Part shown: piece after piece, positions 1 to 9,600 of the stretch
Layout: every line of letters begins with the position of its first letter
Position numbering within the stretch: position 1 is the first letter of the stretch
DNA from: Eledone cirrhosa
Taxonomy: Eukaryota
Direction of reading: 5' to 3'
Assembly (NCBI GenBank): GCA_964016885.1
Contig: OZ024742.1
Location: forward strand, 121,272,001-121,336,000
DNA length: 64,000 nt
Notes under the pieces: model-generated
What the model saw: only the letters and a program-made list of their open reading frames with translations
The model's database searches: none
Told to the model about the DNA's origin: nothing
Program-made: the position numbers and the translations under genes

Positions 1-91
1 GTCAAGTATTCTATCTACCGTTAATTAAATATTATATACACAAACCATGTCTCGTTTTGTTACATTCATACAACCAGTGCCCCCGCTATAT

Positions 92-109
92 TGGTAACCC
101 TGACGTGAT
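92..109 (+). promoter_or_regulatory. Primer-binding site (tRNA-Trp), unit 1
   Basis: TGGTAACCCTGACGTGAT lies 1 nt after the LTR end at 90. It is 16/18 identical to the tRNA-Trp PBS TGGTGACCCCGACGTGAT (ASLV/CsRn1 type). Confidence 0.85.
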
Positions 110-1467
110 ACGAACACGCAGCCGTTCATCGCTATAAGGGTCACCCCCCCCCCCCCCCCCAAAAAAAAAAGAAAAAAATAGCACATCTGGTTTTGTGAGT
201 AACATTACGAATACACAGCAAATTTAGCGACAAACTATGAAAATACTCAAGGACACGCACACACGCACATGTGGAATTCGCACAGACATACTTTTTCTCT
301 CACGCATCAATTAACTGTCGCATTTCACCAATATATATATATATATGTTTCTCGTTTCTTACAACGAACACTTTCAAAACAAAAAAAAAACATTTCACGA
401 TATATATATATGTTTCTCGTTTCTTACAACGAACTCTTTCAAAACACACAAAAAAAAAAAGAAATTTGATATTCTTTAAAAAACATTTCAACAGGAACAT
501 TTATTTCCGATGAACCATTGCCTTTTGTTCATCGTTCTAGTTTTTTGTTTTTTTCCAGAGTTCACACCAATAATTATGCTGAGTGAAGCCTTTCTTTTTC
601 ATCATTGTCACTTTCAAAATTGCACTATCATTTTCTCGCGCGTTAGAAATATTTTTTTTCAACCTTGTATTGGCACGTGTAGGCAGCATAAATTCTCGAT
701 TCACTGAGATGTCTCTACTCACAGACAGCCGCACGCCAGAGATAGCATTTCTCCCCCAAGGATTCTTCAGCCTTAAGCTATATTCTTCTATTTGCCGGTT
801 TATAAATTTACAATGTAAATTTACAGTTGATAACCGCGCATTTATTAAGAATGCTTATTTCTCTGGTCGCTGGCCTCTTGACCCTTCCAGGTCAACGCAT
901 TCTCAACATCGACCATCAACTTCGGCTACTATTTCTAGCACTTTGCGCAACTCATTTTTTCTAAAAAAAAATTTTTTACTGTGAATTTAAACAACGAATA
1001 CGCTCACTCAGCGAGACAACAGCAGCAGCAACAGCAATATAACAGCAACAGCAATACATCAACACAGCTTCACCAAAGCCAGAGAATTTATTTTTGCAGC
1101 ACTCTTCCTGTGAGAAAATCCATTCGGAGGTTGGAAATTTCACGATATACCACAGAACAGAAACCACCTGCATTCATTCTCTGGAACACACTTTCTTTCC
1201 AGCTGTCATGTGATTGCACACCTGTGAACTATATTTTGAACTTTGAGCTCTTCTATTACTTTTACTTTATTACATTGTATCTTTGGGTGATGGATAGATG
1301 GATGTCCAGTCGTTCTCTGGCCAAGAGCGGTTGGCTACCTTGATATCTATCATTGATTTTTCCAAACATTCTTTTGTCGTAATTTTCATGCCTGTTACAA
1401 CATTCTCGCCAACTTGCTACATATTTTCATTTCGATTTTTATACACTAAAATTCTGGCGGGAGGTTA

Positions 1468-1833
1468 TGTAGCGGTTGTCTCCCTTGTTTTGATTAGGAT
1501 CTAGACGGGAAGTGGAACCCTTTCTGCAACTTCCGGTCAGAGCCCTATAAAACTAACAACTTTAAGCTTCCTTCCTCTCTTTGCCTTTTCGGCACCAGGT
1601 CAAGAGTCTTCTCATTTGGCTCTGCCATTAATTTGGCCAACAGGCGCCTGGCCTTAGCCAGGCGCCCTCTGCCAGCCGCGTTTGCCTGGCAATCAAAACG
1701 GTAACTACTAACTTTGTTTCATTCTAACATCTATCTTTGACATGTCAAGTATTCTATCTACCGTTAATTAAATATTATATACACAAACCATGTCTCGTTT
1801 TGTTACATTCATACAACCAGTGCCCCCGCTATA
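1468..1833 (+). repeat. LTR (shared middle copy, 366 bp)
   Basis: Terminal inverted ends TGTAGCGG/CCGCTATA, preceded by PPT-like GGCGGGAGG (1456-1464) and followed by the PBS. Contains TATAAAA (1546-1552), a pyrimidine-rich start region ~30 nt downstream, and ATTAAA near 1767. Confidence 0.88.
1506..1582 (+). promoter_or_regulatory. LTR Pol II promoter (ETS-like motifs, TATA, pyrimidine initiator)
   Basis: CGGGAAGTG and ACTTCCGG lie upstream of TATAAAA; CCTCTCTTT is at about +30 from the TATA box. Confidence 0.55.
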
Positions 1834-1834
1834 T

Positions 1835-1852
1835 TGGTAACCCTGACGTGAT
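1835..1852 (+). promoter_or_regulatory. Primer-binding site (tRNA-Trp), unit 2
   Basis: Same 18-mer as at 92-109, 1 nt after the LTR end. Confidence 0.85.
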
Positions 1853-3202
1853 ACGAACACGCAGCCGTTCATCGCTATAAGGGTCACCCCCCCCCCAAAA
1901 AAAAAGAAAAAAATAGCACATCTGGTTTTGTGAGTAACATTACGAATACACAGCAAATTTAGCGACAAACTATGAAAATACTCAAGGACACGCACACACG
2001 CACATGTGGAATTCGCACAGACATACTTTTTCTCTCACGCATCAATTAACTGTCGCATTTCACCAATATATATATATATATGTTTCTCGTTTCTTACAAC
2101 GAACACTTTCAAAACAAAAAAAAAACATTTCACGATATATATATATGTTTCTCGTTTCTTACAACGAACTCTTTCAAAACACAAAAAAAAAAAAAGAAAT
2201 TTGATATTCTTTAAAAAACATTTCAACAGGAACATTTATTTCCGATGAACCATTGCCTTTTGTTCATCGTTCTAGTTTTTTGTTTTTTTCCAGAGTTCAC
2301 ACCAATAATTATGCTGAGTGAAGCCTTTCTTTTTCATCATTGTCACTTTCAAAATTGCACTATCATTTTCTCGCGCGTTAGAAATATTTTTTTTCAACCT
2401 TGTATTGGCACGTGTAGGCAGCATAAATTCTCGATTCACTGAGATGTCTCTACTCACAGACAGCCGCACGCCAGAGATAGCATTTCTCCCCCAAGGATTC
2501 TTCAGCCTTAAGCTATATTCTTCTATTTGCCGGTTTATAAATTTACAATGTAAATTTACAGTTGATAACCGCGCATTTATTAAGAATGCTTATTTCTCTG
2601 GTCGCTGGCCTCTTGACCCTTCCAGGTCAACGCATTCTCAACATCGACCATCAACTTCGGCTACTATTTCTAGCACTTTGCGCAACTCATTTTTTCTAAA
2701 AAAAAATTTTTTACTGTGAATTTAAACAACGAATACGCTCACTCAGCGAGACAACAGCAGCAGCAACAGCAATATAACAGCAACAGCAATACATCAACAC
2801 AGCTTCACCAAAGCCAGAGAATTTATTTTTGCAGCACTCTTCCTGTGAGAAAATCCATTCGGAGGTTGGAAATTTCACGATATACCACAGAACAGAAACC
2901 ACCTGCATTCATTCTCTGGAACACACTTTCTTTCCAGCTGTCATGTGATTGCACACCTGTGAACTATATTTTGAACTTTGAGCTCTTCTATTACTTTTAC
3001 TTTATTACATTGTATCTTTGGGTGATGGATAGATGGATGTCCAGTCGTTCTCTGGCCAAGAGCGGTTGGCTACCTTGATATCTATCATTGATTTTTCCAA
3101 ACATTCTTTTGTCGTAATTTTCATGCCTGTTACAACATTCTCGCCAACTTGCTACATATTTTCATTTCGATTTTTATACACTAAAATTCTGGCGGGAGGT
3201 TA

Positions 3203-3568
3203 TGTAGCGGTTGTCTCCCTTGTTTTGATTAGGATCTAGACGGGAAGTGGAACCCTTTCTGCAACTTCCGGTCAGAGCCCTATAAAACTAACAACTTTAA
3301 GCTTCCTTCCTCTCTTTGCCTTTTCGGCACCAGGTCAAGAGTCTTCTCATTTGGCTCTGCCATTAATTTGGCCAACAGGCGCCTGGCCTTAGCCAGGCGC
3401 CCTCTGCCAGCCGCGTTTGCCTGGCAATCAAAGCGGTAACTACTAACTTTGTTTCATTCTAACATCTATCTTTGACATGTCAAGTATTCTATCTACCGTT
3501 AATTAAATATTATATACACAAACCATGTCTCGTTTTGTTACATTCATACAACCAGTGCCCCCGCTATA
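3203..3568 (+). repeat. Terminal 3' LTR (366 bp)
   Basis: Differs from 1468-1833 by one visible substitution (AAAACGG vs AAAGCGG). PPT at 3191-3199. Followed by unique flank GCATT rather than a PBS. Confidence 0.88.
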
Positions 3569-3699
3569 GCATTAATTTAGAAATAGAGTTCTTTGTTCAA
3601 ATCCAGTCAATACTATGTACACATCTACGTTGTGACCTTTTGAGGCCCTGGGCACTTAAAAGAGTGTTGTGGGAGGCCATGTTGCACCGGATGGCATAC

Positions 3700-4540
3700 C
3701 ATATGCTCTGGGGGATTTGACGTCAACAGGGGGAAGAGGCGAAGGGACGTCTGCTGGGCGGAATCCAAGTCACAGGTAGCCCCACGTTCCTCGATCACAG
3801 TGGGTTCCATTGTTGTAGAGAACCCTGTTGATGAGGACTCGGCAATATATTATCTACGGAAGAAACACCGGCAAAGCCAGTGAGACCGGAGACCAAGGCC
3901 ACTGTTTCTAACAGGTAAGGTAGCCTGTTGCCATCCAATGTCGTCAAACCTGACGTTGCATATCTCCTCAGCTGCCACTCGGATACACATATCGAGGTCA
4001 GTGAGGAGTGACGTGGGCTGTAACAAGAAGCACTACAAAATGTGTAGAATGCCCAATCTACTCGTGAGGGTCGTGAACTGCTGGAGCCTGGACCTGAGGG
4101 TAGAGCGGATGGCCGGCGGGAGGAGCGCTGACCAGAGGCTGAAGACATCCTCTTTCTGGGTCCCCTGCACCTGGCGGAGAATGGATCGCACGTCCGAGAC
4201 GGAGGCTACAGAGCCCTATACGTCGTTGTTGACATTCCCCACCTCCAACTTGGACGAGATGACAGTCTCCACAGGCCCGCCCAATGCGGCATCATTCAGG
4301 TACCAAACGTTGAAAGGGGTCGTGATGTTCCGAGCAATGTGGTCTATACCGAAAGTAAAGAGAAGGACGCCCAAAGGGCCGCCCTGTTGGACCCAAGTGG
4401 CTGAAGGTATGACTGTGTCAGCAGCAAGGAGCATGCTCGGGGCTCCATACGAGAAGAAGAGGCCTCAGGCATAAGTGTCTAGGGCGCCATAGATGAACCT
4501 ATTGATGAGTGCCACAATTGCACTCAGAAGGAGGGGCCCG
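3700..4540 (-). pseudogene. Decayed CRE-clade non-LTR retrotransposon RT fragment
   Basis: Minus-strand peptides SATWVQQGGPLGVLLF...NVWYLNDAALGGP (RT motifs QGDPL/YLDD, decayed) and WQQATLPVRNSGLGLRS resemble CRE-type RTs; frameshifted. Confidence 0.7.
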
Positions 4541-6260
4541 GCTTCAATACAGCCTGTTCTGCTAGTTAACTTTTGCCTATATGGTGTTCTTTAATATTTA
4601 AGGTGCTCGTGTGTTTTTCCTTTCAGAATTTTTATTCGTAATCTTAATGTTCCATGTTCAAATCCCCCGTGCGGCACATTGGGCAACAGTTTTCTTCAAT
4701 AATCGTTGGGTTGACGCAGACCATGTGAGTGAAACTGGGTAGGCGTAACTGTGGAAACCAAACGGATTGAATATACATGAGATTCAAGGCTCAGCCTGAC
4801 CACTCAGCTCTGCAGTCGACCGAGGCCGAGCTTTTCTTAATGTCATCCATATAAACATTTTTTTTATTGTGTAAGAGTTCAGAAAGCAAGAGTTAATACA
4901 TTAGTAATTAAAGAGCTTAATAACTCTGTAACTAACTTATATAGTTTGGGTAGAAAGGGATAATTGATAAGTGTGCAATTGTTACTTTTTTCTCTTTAAA
5001 TAATTTATATGTTAAAATACTGATATATGTTAACATTTTACATTTAGAATTTTAAAATTACGGCATTTTCCGGTAAAATGCACTTTCTGACACCCCAAAC
5101 CCCCTGCGTTCTATACACCAAAGGTATGAATATAATCTATACATAATATAAAATAATAATAATTGTTTCTACTTTTGGCACAAGGCCAGCAATTATCAGT
5201 GCATAACTGGTACTTTATTTTATCGACCCTGTAAAGATGAAAGGCAAAGTTAACCTCGGCGGGATTTGAACTCAGATCGTAATATAAAATAATAATAATA
5301 ATAATAATAAAATTATTGTGTACAGTGCTCAGGTGCACTACAACGATGTAGAGAGATGTTTAGGGTTGGTTCTTTCGCGCATCATACAAAAACAAAAACT
5401 GGCAATCGAAAAGTAAGTCCAGCAATGGAATAAGGGAAGGTTTCGCGATACTAATTTTATAACATCAAAGGAGAAGAAAAACATCCCGGGTATGCTAACC
5501 AACCCCACTGCTATTTCTAGTAGGTTGGGAATCAACCATAAGGGATTCCCTCTGCGTGTTCGTTGTCAGTGATGATGGTGTTTCGCGGCAATCGTCTCCG
5601 ATTCGAATGCTGGTTTACATACACACACACACACATTTATACTATAAACAAGACAACACATCCCATGCGGACGTTTTCTCTTCTACCTGTCTTCTCTTAT
5701 CATCAGCGAAGCTGGGTGCCTCAGCTAGTAATAATATATACGTCATATATAAGTATAGCTGTATTATTAGTTTAGTCTCTTTTATTACCTAATCAATACC
5801 AATAGTGATATTTTTATTCTAGAAAACATAACTATTTATATTGCTCTCTTAAATTCGTAAAAAAGAAAAAAAGGAATTGAATTATAGGTGAAAGCATTTG
5901 TAAATATACATTCTTCGCTGTTCATTACACCACAAAATAACTCCTGACACAATACACTTACTTTAATATCAGATTCAATAAAACAAATCTTTTAAATATT
6001 ATTATAATTTTTTCCCCAAAAAACCTTTTCCTGTAAAATACACCAGTGTCCTATAAGTCGAAAAATACGGTGGAACTTGGAAGAAAAAATTTAACTAAAT
6101 TTAATTGAACATAATGAAAGGGCCGCAACTCTTTACATCCGGTTCTGGCAAGCACGTGTTCCTGTTAGTGTCGAATTAATTGACATGCTTTTTTATCACA
6201 CCAGAAACATATAGCACTGTTAACAATTCCGGAAAGAAAGTACTAGCTCGAGTCCACAAA

Positions 6261-6680
6261 ATGCAGAATCATCATAATGTTTGGTCATCGCCATCATTTT
6301 ATCAACCTAGCTTTAGTCCTTGGCAACAGAATACAGGACAATCAACACAATATGTTAATTACAACCTTCCAAACACACAGGTTTGGCCACAATACTATCA
6401 CCAACCGCAACAACAACCACAAACACCATATCAGTCATATGAAGCTCCATCTATGTATAACCACCGAGAATTCGTCCCTAATGTACAGTCATTCCCTAAT
6501 CCTAATTTTGCCGTAAATGACGGAAGATATCAACATCATCAAAGACCTCCTCCTAATTCTCAACACTATCGATCACAACCCTATGATAAGAATGTCAGTA
6601 GGAGAGATTACAACTCAAACTCAGCGACAAATAAGAATAATTCTTTTCAAAGGAATTCCAAAAATAATCACGGAAAACAG
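6261..6680 (+). CDS. NUFIP1: NUFIP1 coding exon 1
   Basis: CAAAATG start; 140 codons, low-complexity P/Q/Y/N; donor CAG|GTTTGG. Confidence 0.82.
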
Positions 6681-9600
6681 GTTTGGTTGTCTATCTATAA
6701 CATTATTTCCTGCCATTCTAGTATCATTTATATCGTCTAAATATGTTTTATTTAAATTGTAAGATAAACTTTCTGAAAGTAATCGTAGTAAGAAATGTAA
6801 CTGTTTCTACTTTTGAAAGGCAAAGTTAACCTCGGCGGGATTTGAACTCAGAATGGCAAGGGCCGTAACTCTATGCGTCAAAGCATCATGTCCGACCCTG
6901 TTACGTTCGGTTATCAGAGAAATGTGGCGAATTGGCAGAGTCGTTAGAACGTCGAATAGAAAGCTTTGCAATATTCGTTCCAGCTCTGGGCTATAAGTTC
7001 AAATCCCACCCAGGTAAACTTTTCCTTTCATCCTTTGGTTGTCGTTAAGTACCAGTTCAGTATTCTCTCTATCACTTTCCATCTCTCCTTCTCTGGAAGA
7101 GGGATGGGTTCCGCCAGGTTTAAAATGTCCAAGAAACCCTTACTACGAATCCCCCGGGTATTATGGGTCTTTACATATAAACATGTCAGAAAGAGAACAG
7201 TATAAAAACAATAGTTGTGCAGACCTGTCAACTCTCCCCGTTCGACGGGGAGATCTCCCACCCACTTTGGGGTGGGTGAGAAATGTCTTCTCTTTTAAAA
7301 ATGGGTATAGCTTTCATTATGTAAAATCTCGGTGAATTGGCAGTATCGGTAGAGGGTTGGACGCCATGCCTTCTAGCATAGTTACGTCCCTTTACAGTCT
7401 GAGTTCAAATCCCGCCGAGGTTAACTTTGCCTTTCATCCTTACGGGGTCGATAAAATAAAGTACCAGTAATGTACTGAGTAATTGTTGGCCTTGTGCCTA
7501 AAGTAGAAACAATTATGTAAAATCTCCCCGTCTGGGGGCACTTTTTTCCATGGTACTCTCCGTTTGGCTTTTTAGAGGTTGGAAGGTCTGTTGTATGTTT
7601 TGAAAATTTCTTTCAAAGTCCATGATTTTTGTTTATATACAACTCACATCAGGAAGGAGATATGGGAAGGTTCCAGATTCTCTGGATCTGCTCATGTGGT
7701 TTTCCTCTTAGAGGCCCCACTTGGTTTCATCTTGTCACTTCATGTCATTATTATTGTTCATCCCGCCGAGGTTGACTTTGCCTTTCATCCTTACGGGGTC
7801 GATAAAATAAAGTAGCAGTAATATACTGGAATAATTGCTGGCCTTGTGCCAAAAGTAGAAACAATTATTATTGTTCAAAATATGACAGTGAATTGGCAGA
7901 GTTGTTAGAGCGTCGAACAATTGCTGAGCAGTATTTGTTCCAGTTCTTTACATTCTGAGTTCAAATCCCACCCAAGTCAACTTTGCCTTTCATCCTTCCG
8001 AGGTAAAAAAAATAAAGTACCAGTAATGTACTGGAGTTAACATAATTGACTTTTCCTTCCTCACAAATTGTTGGCTTTGTGTCTAAATTAGAACTCATTA
8101 TTGCTGTTCAAAATATTATGCTAACTCATTTAGGCTTATATATAAACTCTTACATTTTTATATATACATTCCTACCACTTTAGAAATCTGCATCCCATAA
8201 GCTAATAAAAATTAATCACCCATCAAACATGCATACACACATATTTGGTATCCCATCACAAATGGAATTTCCAACCCTCCTATTTCCTACTACTCCCCAG
8301 AAAAGTCTTCTGATTCCACCATCAAACACAGTCAAATAAAGCAACTAACCAGAAACTTGCAAGTCACTTCCACTTTTCTACTCAGAAAATAAAATTGAGG
8401 CCCTACCTACAAGTATTGAGTGCTCATTCAATTAATGTTTGAAGTTTTATGCCGTTTTAAACACCCCTTTGAAATTAAAATGTATCTTATCACAGTATAA
8501 ATTCAATTCTTGTTATATTTATTTGTATTTTCAGGAAAAAAATAAAAACAAAAAAAATGCCATTGAGGATTTCCCTTTTAGCTGTGATATTTGTGACCGT
8601 GGCTTCAAAACAGAACAGATTTACAAAGAACACATTGACCAACATGAAAAGGTAAATGCACTTTCCTAGAATTATTTTTGTTAATAGTTTATTTTCATAA
8701 AGGTAGTAGAATTGCAAGAATGGTATAGTGGAAACTAAAATTCCTTACAATATTTGTCTCTATGTTTTGAGTTTCAATTCCACTAAAGTCGACATTGCTT
8801 TTCTTTCCTAAAGGGTTGAAAAAATTATATGCCACTAATATCCTGGGATTGACTCAATCAGCTGTACTGCTTAATCTCTTTCCAATTTCTGACCAATGTG
8901 TGAAGCCAGTATTTTTTATTCTCACAGTAATGTGCCAGCTTCAGCATTCAGTAATCAGAAGGAAGGAAGGTAGGCATATAAGCCAACCCTTACTTATGGT
9001 CATGAATCTTGGGTGTGGCCGAAAATGGGATTCCTCCGAAGGTTGTTTGGAGTAACATTACTCAATAAAGTGCGTAAGTCGGAGAACACAGAATCACTCC
9101 AGGTAGAGCTGCTACTTCTCTGAATTGAGAGATCATGGCTCCGATAATACGGACATGTGGTTAAAATGTCTCAGGAAAGAATCACTGGACAAATTTTACG
9201 GGCAAAAACCAACCGGCAGGAGACTCAGTGGTAGACCCTGAGCAAGATGGTTGGATAACATTCATGAGCTTGGCTGGTCACGCTTGGGGATCCAGCCGAA
9301 TCAATTGGGGTGGTTGCCTCTGACAAGACCTGCTGGAAGGAGTGTTTGAGGACTTTGCCACCAGGACCCTCTCAGAAATAAGTGGGTGAAGAAGAAATAA
9401 CTAACCAAAAGATGTTTATTTCTTTACACAAATTAAAAGTAAGAAACCTTGGTTGAAGTGAAAGGAGCTTCAATTATGTTTTTATTATATCCTCATCATC
9501 AGCATTCTCATTTTAATGTTCATTTTCCCATACAGTCAATGCTGAGATGGATTTGCAGTACTGCATGTCACCACTTATGGTTGTGAACATTTATATGACA

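Larger units (their letters stand above)
1..3568 (+). mobile_element. Tandem array of a non-autonomous LTR retroelement (partial LTR-int-LTR-int-LTR; Gypsy/CsRn1-like by PBS); continues left of the window
   Basis: ~1735-bp period with near-identical units. 366-bp LTRs start TGTAGCGG and end CCGCTATA. A tRNA-Trp-like PBS follows the first two LTRs and a purine tract precedes the last two. Repeat homology stops exactly at the end of the last LTR (3568). No gag/pol ORF is recognisable in the ~1.37-kb internal part. Confidence 0.88.

Noticed and set aside
733-775. Hammerhead-like string on the minus strand of the LTR element interior (CTGAAGA ATCC..GGA GAAA T-GCT-A TC), suggesting a retrozyme
   Set aside because: Stem I is only ~3 bp, L3 is not palindromic, and it is antisense and outside the LTR; compatible with chance.
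583-1343. 133-aa and 120-aa (poly-Q) ORFs in the repeat unit
   Set aside because: No recognisable gag, protease or other motif; they are duplicated only because the unit is duplicated.
1575-1720. U2 snRNA-like or spliced-leader RNA gene in a tandem array (GCCTTTTCGGC..GGTCAAG, AATTTGG, GGTAAC)
   Set aside because: No U2 branch-pairing GTAGTA and no proper Sm site; PBS, PPT and TG..TA ends explain the unit as an LTR element.
5575-5710. C/D snoRNA or hammerhead (GTGATGA; rc CTGATGA...GAAA)
   Set aside because: No D box with terminal stem and no stem I/II pairing.
5059-6072. Possible ~1-kb pogo-type MITE just upstream of NUFIP1
   Set aside because: The putative TIRs are too degenerate and the TA TSD is not intact.
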